The notes beneath the pieces were generated by a model. That model ran no database searches. It was given only the letters and a program-made list of their open reading frames with translations, and was not told the origin of the DNA. A DNA stretch of 64,000 nucleotides from Myxococcales bacterium (lineage in GTDB: Bacteria; Myxococcota; Myxococcia; Myxococcales; 40CM-4-68-19), in the NCBI GenBank assembly GCA_036393835.1, contig DASWGI010000034.1, forward strand, positions 6,149 through 70,148, in the 5' to 3' direction. Positions 34,426 through 43,495 of this stretch are shown here, in pieces. Numbering within the stretch: the first letter of the stretch is position 1; each line of letters starts with the position of its first letter. Both the position numbers and the translations under genes were made by a program.

Positions 34426-34923
34426 TCAGTGATGCTCGGGAGCGTGGTCCAGCCCGGCCAGGCGCGTCAGGTGCGCGATGCGGGCGCCGGCCTTGCGCAG
34501 CCGGCGGCAGAGCTCGCGATTGATGTTCTGCAGGACCAGCACGTAGGCCTTCAGATCCTGCTTGTAGAGCTGGTAGAGGTCCTTGCTGTCCAGCTCGAGC
34601 AGCTTGGTGTCCTTCTCCGCGGTGATGGTGAACGGCCGCGGCTCCATCTCGATCAGCGTGGTCACGCCGACGAAATCGCCGGGCCGGAAGAGGAGCATGC
34701 GGACGTCGCTTCCGTCCTCGCACTTCCGCGTGGCGTAGAGGGTGCCCGAGAGCACGATGTACATCGAGTTCCCGGTCTCTCCCTCTCGGAGTACGACCTC
34801 GCCCTTTTTGAACTCTTTCTCGCGCAGCATGTCGGCCAGGCGGTCGAAGACCGGCGTTCCCGCAAGCCCGCCGAAGAACGATGTCTTCGCGAGGAACTCC
34901 TTCAGGGGGGCCGCCTCGGCCAT
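34426..34923 (-). CDS. cyclic-nucleotide-binding domain protein (no DNA-binding domain)
   Basis: Part of ORF 34426..35157, starting at ATG 34923. KGEVVLREGETGNSMYIVLSG and FRPGDFVGVTTLI are cNMP-binding (CAP effector-domain) blocks. 165 aa. Confidence 0.8.
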   Translation of the reverse strand: MAEAAPLKEFLAKTSFFGGLAGTPVFDRLADMLREKEFKKGEVVLREGETGNSMYIVLSGTLYATRKCEDGSDVRMLLFRPGDFVGVTTLIEMEPRPFTITAEKDTKLLELDSKDLYQLYKQDLKAYVLVLQNINRELCRRLRKAGARIAHLTRLAGLDHAPEHH

Positions 34924-35039
34924 GCGTCCATAGTACGCCTCCTCCGCACTCCCACAGACCCCCACCCGCCGAGCGCGACCCGCAGGGGGAATCGCCTCGC
35001 GAGGCCCCACCTGTGGGGCTGCTCGGCAGTTCAGGCGAG

Positions 35040-35056
35040 AGCTTGCTTGACAGCCC
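35040..35056 (+). promoter_or_regulatory. 17-mer AGCTTGCTTGACAGCCC (contains TTGACA) upstream of mraZ, identical to the pal upstream 17-mer
   Basis: Exact identity with 22632-22648. It lies 49 nt upstream of the mraZ ATG. I could not find a convincing -10. Confidence 0.4.
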
Positions 35057-35084
35057 GGGGACCTTCGCCGAGTCTGCGCATGCG

Positions 35085-35110
35085 GTGGATCGAAGTGGGA
35101 AGAAATGGAA
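35085..35110 (+). promoter_or_regulatory. three 10-nt-phased direct repeats GTGGAT/GTGGGA/ATGGAA (MraZ-box-like) overlapping the mraZ RBS and start
   Basis: GTGGATCGAA (35085), GTGGGAAGAA (35095) and ATGGAAAGCA (35105) show exact 10-nt periodicity. MraZ proteins bind arrays of GTGG/TGGG-type direct repeats. Confidence 0.4.
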
Positions 35111-35599
35111 AGCAGGACCCCACCGCGGATCGAGGAGCCACGGGTCGTGTCCTTCACCGGCGTCTACCAGCACCAGATCGACGCGAAGGGGCGGACCAGC
35201 CTGCCTTCGCGCTTTCGCGAGGTGCTCGCGGCGCAGGGCGCGGACAAGCTGTTCGTGACCACCGACCTGTTCGATTCCTGCCTGCAGGCGTACGCGCCCG
35301 CGCAGTGGACGGCCTTCACCCAGAAGGTGGCCGCGCTCTCCCAGTTCGATCCCTCGGTGCGCCTCTTGGTGCGCAGCTTCGTCGCGCCCGCGCAGGAGTG
35401 CCCGGTCGACAAGGTGGGCCGCATCCTCATCCCGCCGCCGCTGCGCGAGCACGCCGGTCTCGCCGACGAGGTCACCTGGGCGGGCACGGTGGAGCGCATC
35501 GAGATCTGGTCGCCCGCGCGCTGGCTGGAGACGCAGAAGGCGGCGCGCGCACCCGAGGCCCAGGCGCAGCTTGCAGCGCGCCTCCACCAGCTTCTCTAG
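35105..35599 (+). CDS. mraZ: transcriptional regulator MraZ
   Basis: 164 aa with two SpoVT/AbrB-like halves: FTGVYQHQIDAKGRTSLPSRFRE and CPVDKVGRILIPPPLRE. First gene of the dcw cluster. Confidence 0.9.
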   Translation: MESRTPPRIEEPRVVSFTGVYQHQIDAKGRTSLPSRFREVLAAQGADKLFVTTDLFDSCLQAYAPAQWTAFTQKVAALSQFDPSVRLLVRSFVAPAQECPVDKVGRILIPPPLREHAGLADEVTWAGTVERIEIWSPARWLETQKAARAPEAQAQLAARLHQLL

Positions 35600-35608
35600 G
35601 AGACGACG

Positions 35609-36079
35609 ATGAGTGAACGGACGCGCATCCGGGGAATCGCACAGCGGGAAGCGCCGCGCCCACGCAGGGTGGAAGGCGCGGCGGTGCTCGCGCTTACGCC
35701 CGCGCCGGGTCCGCGGCCGGCCGGCCAGAAGTGGGAGGAGTCGCAGGCTACCGTGGCGGTGCGGGGCGAGCTGGACCGCGACGCTCTCTGGGCCATCGAC
35801 TACACCATCGGCCGCGCGTCCCTCGAGGCGGGCCGCATCGTGCTCGACCTGCGCGAGGTCACCCACCTCGATTACGCGGGCGTGCCGGAGCTGGTGGCGC
35901 GGCGCCGCGAGCTGCGCGCCCGCGGCGGCGAGCTGGTGGTGGTGGTGCGCAATCCCTACGTGGCAAACATCCTCAAGGCGGCGGGCGGCGCGGACCTGCT
36001 CGTCTGCCGCACTCCGGACGAGGCGTTCGCCGACGTCGCCGTGGCGCGCCCGAACGCTTTGCGCCGCAGGCAGCAATAG
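35609..36079 (+). CDS. STAS-domain (anti-sigma-factor-antagonist-like) protein
   Basis: 156 aa. ATG follows [32 protein letters not shown]...[51 protein letters not shown] fits the SpoIIAA/STAS pattern. DYAG occupies the place of the phosphorylatable DSSG. Confidence 0.7.
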   Translation: MSERTRIRGIAQREAPRPRRVEGAAVLALTPAPGPRPAGQKWEESQATVAVRGELDRDALWAIDYTIGRASLEAGRIVLDLREVTHLDYAGVPELVARRRELRARGGELVVVVRNPYVANILKAAGGADLLVCRTPDEAFADVAVARPNALRRRQQ

Positions 36080-36105
36080 GAACCCCGGCGGGTGGAGACC
36101 TCTTC

Positions 36106-37038
36106 GTGCAGCCCTTCGAGCATCGGACCGTGCTGCGCCGCGAGGCCGTGGACCTTCTCGCGCCCGCTCCCGGCAAGGTGTTCCTCGACGGGACCCTCGG
36201 CGGCGGAGGGCACGCCGAGGCGCTGCTCGACGCCGGCGCGCGGGTGATCGGTCTCGACCAGGACCCGGCCGCGCTCCGCGCGGCGCGCGCCCGCCTCGGC
36301 GCCCGCGGCGAGCGGTTCGTCGCCGAGCAGGCCAATTTCCGCGACGCCCGTTCCGTGCTCGACCGGCTCGGAGTTCGCGAGGTGGACGGCGCGCTGGTCG
36401 ATCTCGGCGTCTCCAGCCCGCAGCTGGACGATCCGGCGCGCGGCTTCTCCTTCCGCGCGGGCGGCCCGCTCGACATGCGGATGGACCCGACCCGCGGGGA
36501 GCCCCTCTCCGCGCTGCTTGTGCGGTGGGACGAGAAGGCGCTGGCGCGCATCGTGGGCACTCTTGGAGAGGAGCGCTTCGCGCGCCCCATCGCGCGCGCC
36601 ATCCACCGCGCGCATCGCGAGGGGAAGCTCGGGGACACCGCTCAGCTCGCCGACGTCGTCGCGCGGTCGATCCCCCGCAAGGCCTGGCCCAGGGACCTGC
36701 ACCCGGCCACCCGCACCTTCCAGGCGCTGCGCATCGCGGTGAACGACGAGCTGGGCGCCCTCTCCGACTTCGTCGGCGACCTGCCGCGCATCGTGGCCCG
36801 CGGCGGGCGCGCGGCGGCGATCAGCTTCCACTCCCTGGAGGACCGCATCGTGAAGCAAGGATTCGCGCAGCTCGCGACCGGCTGCATCTGCCCGCCCCGG
36901 CTGCCGGTGTGCGCCTGCGGGCGGGTGGCGCAGTGGAAGGTCCTGACCAGGAAGGCGGTGCAGACGAGCGAGGCCGAGCAGCGCGAGAACCCGCGCTCGC
37001 GCAGCGCGCGCCTGCGCGCGGTGGAGAGGCTGGCATGA
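36106..37038 (+). CDS. rsmH: 16S rRNA (cytosine1402-N4)-methyltransferase RsmH
   Basis: Part of ORF 35731..37038, starting at GTG 36106 after [59 protein letters not shown] and [11 protein letters not shown]. Confidence 0.9.
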   Translation: MQPFEHRTVLRREAVDLLAPAPGKVFLDGTLGGGGHAEALLDAGARVIGLDQDPAALRAARARLGARGERFVAEQANFRDARSVLDRLGVREVDGALVDLGVSSPQLDDPARGFSFRAGGPLDMRMDPTRGEPLSALLVRWDEKALARIVGTLGEERFARPIARAIHRAHREGKLGDTAQLADVVARSIPRKAWPRDLHPATRTFQALRIAVNDELGALSDFVGDLPRIVARGGRAAAISFHSLEDRIVKQGFAQLATGCICPPRLPVCACGRVAQWKVLTRKAVQTSEAEQRENPRSRSARLRAVERLA

Positions 37039-37394
37039 GCTGCGCAATTCGCAAGACGGGGTTTCGCGGCCGGCGCGCCGCCTGCGGGCTGCGCCAGCTC
37101 GGGGCGGCGACGCTCGCCTGCGCGCTGCTCGCCGCCGCGGCGCTGCTGCAGATCTGGGTGCGCACCCGCGTGACCGAGCAGGGCTACCGCCTCTCGCGCC
37201 TCTCCGCCGAGCGCCAGCAGCTCGTCCGCGATCACGAGCGGCTGCAGCTCGCCGCCGCGCGGCTGGGCGGCGCGCAACGCATCGAGGACCTGGCGCGCGC
37301 GCGCCTCGGCATGGGCCCTCCCCCGGCGGATCGGATCATCGTCCTGGTCGGCGGCGCGCTGCGCTCGAGCGCCTCGATGGTCGCGTCCAAGTAG
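37035..37394 (+). CDS. ftsL: cell division protein FtsL
   Basis: ATG 37035 overlaps the rsmH TGA (ATGA). 119 aa with one TM helix ([16 protein letters not shown]) and a coiled coil ([23 protein letters not shown]). Correct position in the cluster. Confidence 0.7.
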   Translation: MSCAIRKTGFRGRRAACGLRQLGAATLACALLAAAALLQIWVRTRVTEQGYRLSRLSAERQQLVRDHERLQLAAARLGGAQRIEDLARARLGMGPPPADRIIVLVGGALRSSASMVASK

Positions 37395-37402
37395 GAGGGG
37401 CG

Positions 37403-39406
37403 GTGTACCAGCGCGGGCGCAACGCCAGAGGAGACGCCGGCCGCTGGATGCGGGTGCGCGCGGCGCTGGCCGGCGCGGCGCTCCTCCTGGGCTTCGGCGT
37501 GGTCCTCGCCCGCGCCGCCAAGGTGCAACTCCTCGATCGCGCCCGGCTGTCGCGGCTGGCGCGCGACCAGACCCGCCGCGAGATCGAATGGGCTCCGCGG
37601 CGGGGACCCATCGCCGACCGCCGCGGGACGACGCTGGCGGTCACCCAGGACGTGGACTCGATCTTCGCCGATCCGGCCGCGTTCACGACGCACAGGGAGC
37701 GCGCCGCCGCGGCGGACCTCCTCGCCCGCGCGCTCCGCGCCGATCGCGCCAAGGTGCTCGGCCGCCTCGCCGGGGAGAAACGCTTCGTGTGGCTCAAGCG
37801 GCGGGTGGACGAGGACACCGCGGCGCGCGTCGCCGGGCTCGGGCTCGACGGCGTCGAGCTGGTCAAGGAGCCGAAGCGCTTCTATCCGCAGCGGGCGCTG
37901 GCGGGGCACGTGCTCGGCTTCGTCGGGGAAGAAGGCGGCCAGGAAGGGCTGGAGCGCGAGCTGGACGCGTCGCTGCGCGGCAAGCCGGTCTCCGTGCAGG
38001 CCGTGCGCGACGCCCGGGGGGCCACGGTGCTGGCGCAGGGCGCGCCGGATCCGGTCGACCTCACCGGCGCGACCGTCACCCTGACCCTCGACTCGGCCAT
38101 CCAGCTCACGGCCGAGCGCGAGCTGTCGCGGGCCGTCGCCTCGTCGCGAGCATCCGCCGGATGGGCGGCGGTGATCGACGTGCAGAGCGGCGCCGTGCTC
38201 GCGCTGGCCTCGAACCCGGCCTTCGACGCGAACAAGCCCGGCCGCGATCCGGCGGTCTGGCGCAATCGCGCCGTGCAGGACCAGCTGGAGCCGGGGTCGA
38301 CCCTCAAGAGCTTCGTGGTGGCGGCGGCGCTCGACGCCGGCGTGCTGGATCCCGCAAAGCCGCTCTACTGCGAGAACGGCGTCTGGGAACGCAACGGCCA
38401 CCTTCTCCACGACAGCCACAAGATCAGGTGGGCCACGCCCGCGGCGGTGCTGCGCGAGTCGTCCAACATCTGCGCCGCCAAGATCGGCGAGGCGCTCGGC
38501 AAGCAGCGGCTCGTCGCTGCGCTCCGCGCCTTCGGGTTCGGCGAGCGCACCTTCGTGGGGCTCCCCGGCGAGGCGCGGGGCGCGCTGCCCGATCCGGGCC
38601 GCATGCCGAACATCGCGGTGGACACCGTCTCCTTCGGCCAGGGCCTGTCCGCGACCGGCCTGCAGACGGTGATGGCGATGGCGGCCATCGCCAATGGCGG
38701 GCTCCTGCTCAAGCCGTTCATCGTCTCCAAGGTGGTGGCGCCGGACGGCAAGGTTCTCTTGCAACGCCAGCGCGAGGAGGTGCGGCGGGTGCTGCGTCCG
38801 GCCACCGCGCGCGAGATCACCGCGATGCTCGAGCAAGTGGTGGAGAAGGGCACCGGGATGAAGGCGCGCGTGAGCGGCTTCCGCGTCGCCGGCAAGACCG
38901 GCACGGCGCAGAAGGTCGACCCGGTCCGCGGCGGGTACGGCGACAAGCGGCTGGCCAGCTTCCTCGGCTTCTTGCCCGCGGACGAGCCGCGGCTGGCCAT
39001 CCTGGTCGCGGTCGACGAGCCCGAGGGCGACGTCTTCGGCGGCTCGGTGGCCGCGCCCGCGTGGAGCGCGATCGCGGCGGAGGCGCTCCGCCAGATCGGC
39101 GTCGCCCCCGACAGCGCGCGCGAAGAGATCGCGTTCGCCTCCGTCGCGCAGACGCCCGATGACGAGGTGAGCGCCGAGGAGCTCGAGCTGGACCGCGAGC
39201 CGCAACCCGCGAGCCGCAAGCCGGATCGGTCCGTGGTCCCCGATCTGACCGGCCTGCCCGCGCGGTCCGCGGTCCGCAGGCTCGCCGAGGCCGCGCTCGA
39301 GCCGGAGCTGCGGGGCAGCGGCAGGACGGTCGCCCAGTCGCCTCGGCCGGGCGCCATTGTCAAGCGCGGTGCACGCGTGCGCGTCACGCTGGCGCCGTCG
39401 GGATGA
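37403..39406 (+). CDS. ftsI: peptidoglycan D,D-transpeptidase FtsI (PBP3) with C-terminal PASTA domain
   Basis: 667 aa with a GTG start after AGGAGGGG. GSTLKSF (SxxK), SSN and KTGTA. The PASTA-like tail is VPDLTGLPARSAVRRLAEAALEPELRGSG. Confidence 0.9.
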   Translation: MYQRGRNARGDAGRWMRVRAALAGAALLLGFGVVLARAAKVQLLDRARLSRLARDQTRREIEWAPRRGPIADRRGTTLAVTQDVDSIFADPAAFTTHRERAAAADLLARALRADRAKVLGRLAGEKRFVWLKRRVDEDTAARVAGLGLDGVELVKEPKRFYPQRALAGHVLGFVGEEGGQEGLERELDASLRGKPVSVQAVRDARGATVLAQGAPDPVDLTGATVTLTLDSAIQLTAERELSRAVASSRASAGWAAVIDVQSGAVLALASNPAFDANKPGRDPAVWRNRAVQDQLEPGSTLKSFVVAAALDAGVLDPAKPLYCENGVWERNGHLLHDSHKIRWATPAAVLRESSNICAAKIGEALGKQRLVAALRAFGFGERTFVGLPGEARGALPDPGRMPNIAVDTVSFGQGLSATGLQTVMAMAAIANGGLLLKPFIVSKVVAPDGKVLLQRQREEVRRVLRPATAREITAMLEQVVEKGTGMKARVSGFRVAGKTGTAQKVDPVRGGYGDKRLASFLGFLPADEPRLAILVAVDEPEGDVFGGSVAAPAWSAIAAEALRQIGVAPDSAREEIAFASVAQTPDDEVSAEELELDREPQPASRKPDRSVVPDLTGLPARSAVRRLAEAALEPELRGSGRTVAQSPRPGAIVKRGARVRVTLAPSG

Positions 39407-39418
39407 GCGGCGTACACC

Positions 39419-40933
39419 ATGGGGCTCGAAGTGAGGCTTCCTGAGCTCTTCACAGGGATCGATGTCCGCCTGCCGCCGCGCGCGGAAGAGGTCGATGTGC
39501 GCGCTCTGGCGGTCGATTCGCGAAAGGTGGGTCCGGGTGCGCTGTTCGCGGCGCTCCAGGGCGTCGTGGCCGACGGCGCGGACTTCGCGCCCCAGGCGGT
39601 CGAGCGCGGCGCGGCGGCGGTGCTGAGCGATCGCGAGCTCGAGGTCGCGCCCGCCGCGCTGATCGTCGCGCCCGATGCCCGGCGCGCATTCTCGCAGGCG
39701 GCATCGCGGTTCCACGGCGAGCCGTCGAAGCGGATGCGGCTCGTCGGCGTGACCGGCACCAACGGGAAGACGACCACCGCGTACCTCGTCGAGCAGCTCG
39801 CGGCCGCGCGGGGCCTGCGGACCGGGCTGATCGGCACCGTCGAGTCCCGCTGGCCGGGCGGCCGCGAAGGCGCGATCCACACCACGCCCGAGTCCCACGA
39901 CCTCCAGGAGCTGCTCGCGCGCATGGCCCAGGCAGGGGCGCAGCTCGTCGCCATGGAAGTGTCGAGCCATGCTCTGGCGCAGGAGCGGGTCTCCGGGTGC
40001 ACCTTCGCGGCGGCGGCGTTCACCAACTTGACCCGCGACCACCTCGACTACCACGGCACCCTGGAGGCGTACTTCGAAGCCAAGGCGCGCCTGTTCCGCG
40101 AGCTGTTGCCTGCGGGCGCGCCCGCGGTGCTGAACCTCGACGATCCCCGTTGTGCCCAGCTCGCGCAAGCGCTTCCCGGCTCGATCGGGTTCAGCGCGCG
40201 GGGCGCCGCCGGAGCGCGCCTCGAGGCCCGAGGCCTGCAGAGCGACCTGGAAGGGATCCGCTTCGATCTGCGCGGCGGATTCGGCGAGGCGCGGATCGAG
40301 AGCCCCCTGGTCGGCGCGCACAACGCGGAGAACCTGCTCGCGGCGCTCGGCCTGCTCCTCGGGCTCGGCATGCCGCTCGTGGAGCTGGCGCAGGCGGCGG
40401 CGCAGGCGCGCGGAGCTCCGGGGCGGCTGGAGCGCGTGCCCGATCCGGGCGGCCGGGTCGTGCTGGTCGACTACGCGCACACGGACGACGCGCTCGCGCG
40501 CGTGCTCGACGCCGTCCGCGCGGCCGCCGGGAGCAAGGCGCGCGTGATCTGCGTCTTCGGGTGCGGCGGCGATCGCGACCGCGGCAAGCGGCCGCTGATG
40601 GGTCAAGCGGCGGCGCGGCGAGCCGACCTGGTGGTGGCGACCAGCGACAACCCGCGGACCGAGGATCCCCTCGCCATCCTGGCGGACATCGAGCCCGGCC
40701 TCTCCAAGCACAAGCGAAAGATGGGGATGTCGGACGCGCGCGCGGGGCGCGACGGCTACTGCATCATCCCCGACCGGGCGGCGGCCATCGAGCTGGCGCT
40801 GCGCAGCGCGCGTGCCGGCGACGCGGTGGTCATCGCGGGCAAGGGCCACGAGGACTACCAGATCGTCGGCACCGAGAGGCTCAGCTTCGACGACCGCGTG
40901 GAAGCGCGGCGCGCGCTGGAGGCGCTGCGATGA
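39419..40933 (+). CDS. murE: UDP-N-acetylmuramoyl-L-alanyl-D-glutamate--2,6-diaminopimelate ligase
   Basis: VGVTGTNGKTTT P-loop, MEVSSHAL, DYAHTDDAL and DNPRTEDP (DNPR motif typical of the mDAP-adding MurE). Confidence 0.9.
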   Translation: MGLEVRLPELFTGIDVRLPPRAEEVDVRALAVDSRKVGPGALFAALQGVVADGADFAPQAVERGAAAVLSDRELEVAPAALIVAPDARRAFSQAASRFHGEPSKRMRLVGVTGTNGKTTTAYLVEQLAAARGLRTGLIGTVESRWPGGREGAIHTTPESHDLQELLARMAQAGAQLVAMEVSSHALAQERVSGCTFAAAAFTNLTRDHLDYHGTLEAYFEAKARLFRELLPAGAPAVLNLDDPRCAQLAQALPGSIGFSARGAAGARLEARGLQSDLEGIRFDLRGGFGEARIESPLVGAHNAENLLAALGLLLGLGMPLVELAQAAAQARGAPGRLERVPDPGGRVVLVDYAHTDDALARVLDAVRAAAGSKARVICVFGCGGDRDRGKRPLMGQAAARRADLVVATSDNPRTEDPLAILADIEPGLSKHKRKMGMSDARAGRDGYCIIPDRAAAIELALRSARAGDAVVIAGKGHEDYQIVGTERLSFDDRVEARRALEALR

Positions 40934-42366
40934 GCGCCCGGTTCACCGCCGGGCAGGCCGCGTGGGCCGCCGGCGCGCAGCTCCTCTCGGGCCCCCCGGA
41001 TCGGATGTTCGAGGGAGCGTTCACCGATTCGCGCAGCCCGGTCCGCGGCGCGCTTTTCGTGGCGCTGGTGGGAGAGCGGCACGACGGCAGCCGCTTCGCC
41101 GCCGCCGCCGCCCAGGCCGGGGCGGCGGGCGTCCTGGTCCCCTCCGCGGCCGCGCCGCGCGTGCGCGAAGAGCTGGCCGCGCAGGGCCTCGGGCCCGCGC
41201 TCCTCGCCGCGCCGGACACCGGCCGCGCCCTGGGCGGGCTCGCGCACGCCTGGCGCGAGAGCCTGCACGCGGTGCGCGTGGTGTGCGTCACCGGCTCGAC
41301 CGGCAAGACCTCCACCAAGGAGCTGATCGCGGCGGTGCTCGAGACGGCGGGCCCGACGCTCAAGACGGAAGGCAATCTGAACAACGAGGTGGGCGTGCCG
41401 CTCACCTTGCTGCGCCTCTCGCCCGAGCACCGCCACGCGGTCGTCGAGGCGGGCATGAACCACCTGGGCGAGATCGCCCGGCTCGCCGCCTGGGCCGACC
41501 CGGACGTGGGACTGGTCACCACCGTGGGCCCGGTGCACCTCGAAGGGACCGGCTCGATCGAGGGCGTGGCGCACGCCAAGGGCGAGCTGTTCCACGCCCT
41601 GCGCGAGAGCGCCACCGCGGTGGCCAATGCGGACGACCCGCCAGTGCTCCTCCAGGCTCGGCTCTCGCGGCGGCGGCTGATCACCTTCGGGGCGTCCACC
41701 GCGGCCCACGTCCGGCTCCTCTCCGCGCACCACGGCGGGCCCGGCCTGCGCGTCGAGCTGGCGTTCCCGGACGGGAAGACGCGCAGGGCCGAGCTGCACC
41801 TGATCGGCACGCACAACGGCCACAACGCGGTCGCGGCCGCGGCGGTCGGGTTCGGGCTCGGGCTCGATCCGGAGCAGATCGTCCGCGGCCTCGGCGATGC
41901 CCGTACGCTCGGCCGCCGCATGCGGCCGGTCCGGCTGCCCGGCGGCGGGATGCTGATCGACGACTGCTACAACGCCAACCCGCAGAGCACCAAGGCGGCG
42001 CTGCTCACCTTGACGCACCTGGTGCGGGGCAAGGGGCGCGCCATCGCCGTGTTGGGCGACATGCTGGAGCTGGGTCCGACCGAGCTGGACCTGCACCGCG
42101 ACGTGGGACGTTTCGCCGCGGGCGCCGGGCTCGCTCTCCTGGTCTGTTTCGGCCAGCGGGCGCGGGCGATCGGCGAAGGGGCGATGGAAGCGGGAATCGC
42201 CTCCGAGCACGTCGAGTTTGCCGAGGACCCGGCGCAAGCCGTCGAGATCGTGCGCCGCCACGCGCGGCCGGAGGACGTCATCCTGGTGAAGGGATCGCGA
42301 GGAATGAAGATGGAGCGGATCAGCGATCCGCTCGCGGGCGTAGCGCCCGGGCAGGGAGCGCACTGA
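40930..42366 (+). CDS. murF: UDP-N-acetylmuramoyl-tripeptide--D-alanyl-D-alanine ligase
   Basis: ATGA overlap with murE. VTGSTGKTSTKE, NLNNEVGVPLTLL, DCYNANP, and GDMLELG near the C-terminus. Confidence 0.9.
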   Translation: MSARFTAGQAAWAAGAQLLSGPPDRMFEGAFTDSRSPVRGALFVALVGERHDGSRFAAAAAQAGAAGVLVPSAAAPRVREELAAQGLGPALLAAPDTGRALGGLAHAWRESLHAVRVVCVTGSTGKTSTKELIAAVLETAGPTLKTEGNLNNEVGVPLTLLRLSPEHRHAVVEAGMNHLGEIARLAAWADPDVGLVTTVGPVHLEGTGSIEGVAHAKGELFHALRESATAVANADDPPVLLQARLSRRRLITFGASTAAHVRLLSAHHGGPGLRVELAFPDGKTRRAELHLIGTHNGHNAVAAAAVGFGLGLDPEQIVRGLGDARTLGRRMRPVRLPGGGMLIDDCYNANPQSTKAALLTLTHLVRGKGRAIAVLGDMLELGPTELDLHRDVGRFAAGAGLALLVCFGQRARAIGEGAMEAGIASEHVEFAEDPAQAVEIVRRHARPEDVILVKGSRGMKMERISDPLAGVAPGQGAH

Positions 42367-43493
42367 TGCTCTACCTGCTGCTCTATCCCTTCGCGGACCG
42401 CGTCGCCGCCTTCAACGTGCTCCGCTACCCCTCGTTCCGCATGATCATGGCGGGGCTGGTCTCCCTGCTGGTGGGCCTGTTGCTCGGCCCCACCTACATC
42501 GAGGCGATGCGGCTCAAGCAGTACGGCGCATCGAACGTCCGCGAGGACACGCCCGCGGCGCACCAGAAGAAGAGCGGCACTCCCTCGATGGGCGGCGGGC
42601 TGATCCTCTGGGCGCTCCTGGTCGGGACGCTGCTCTTCGCCGATCTGACCAACCGGCTGGTCTGGGCCGCCCTGATCTTCACCCTCGGCTACGGGCTGAT
42701 CGGGTTCGCCGACGACTGGCTGAAGCTCACCAGGCGCAACTCGAAGGGGCTGGCCGGCCGGAAGAAGCTCTTCTGGCAGACGGTGATCTTCCTCGGCGTC
42801 GTGGCGGTGCTCTTCGTCGACTGGAGGGGCGGGCTGCTCCATCCCCACCTGCTCCTGGACACGCGCCTGTCGATCCCGTTCATCAAGGTGCGCACCTTCA
42901 GCCCGGTCTTGCCCTGGTGGCTGTACCTGCCGTTCGCCTTCATCGTCATCGTGGGCACCAGCAACGCGGTGAACCTGACCGACGGGTTGGACGGGCTCGC
43001 CATCGGCCCCACCATCGTCAGCTCGCTCACCTTCCTCCTGCTCGCGTACCTCGCCGGCCTGGTGATCAAGGGATTCAACGTCGCCGACTACCTGCTCATC
43101 CCGCACATCGAGGGCGCCAGCGAGCTGGCGGTGTTCTGCGCCGCGATGGCCGGAGCGGGCATCAGCTTCCTCTGGTTCAACACGTACCCGGCCAGCGTCT
43201 TCATGGGCGACGTGGGCGCGCTCGCCATCGGCGGCGGGCTCGGGGTCCTCGCCGTGCTCACCAAGAACGAGGTGGACAGCGCGATCATCCACGGGGTGTT
43301 CTTCGTCGAGGCGCTCTCGGTGATGCTGCAGGTCTTCTGGTTCAAGCGCACCGGCCGGCGCATCTTCCGCATGGCGCCCTTGCACCACCACTTCGAGCTG
43401 CAAGGCTGGGCCGAGCCCAAGATCATCGTCCGCTTCTGGATCGTCTCCATCATGCTGGCGCTGGTCGGCCTCCTCTCCATCAAGCTGAGGTAG
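42366..43493 (+). CDS. mraY: phospho-N-acetylmuramoyl-pentapeptide transferase
   Basis: TGATG overlap with murF. KSGTPSMGG, NAVNLTDGLDGLA, FMGDVGALAIGG and PLHHHFE. Confidence 0.95.
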   Translation: MLYLLLYPFADRVAAFNVLRYPSFRMIMAGLVSLLVGLLLGPTYIEAMRLKQYGASNVREDTPAAHQKKSGTPSMGGGLILWALLVGTLLFADLTNRLVWAALIFTLGYGLIGFADDWLKLTRRNSKGLAGRKKLFWQTVIFLGVVAVLFVDWRGGLLHPHLLLDTRLSIPFIKVRTFSPVLPWWLYLPFAFIVIVGTSNAVNLTDGLDGLAIGPTIVSSLTFLLLAYLAGLVIKGFNVADYLLIPHIEGASELAVFCAAMAGAGISFLWFNTYPASVFMGDVGALAIGGGLGVLAVLTKNEVDSAIIHGVFFVEALSVMLQVFWFKRTGRRIFRMAPLHHHFELQGWAEPKIIVRFWIVSIMLALVGLLSIKLR

Positions 43494-43495
43494 CG

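Noticed and set aside
37232-40849. 1205-aa antisense ORF across ftsI/murE and similar long antisense ORFs across the dcw cluster (40855..42363, 41967..43403, 44803..45981, 45894..47807, 47212..48606, 50292..52943)
   Set aside because: Every sense-strand gene in this region has canonical Mur/Fts motifs and overlap-coupled junctions. The antisense translations lack motifs and are compositionally biased.
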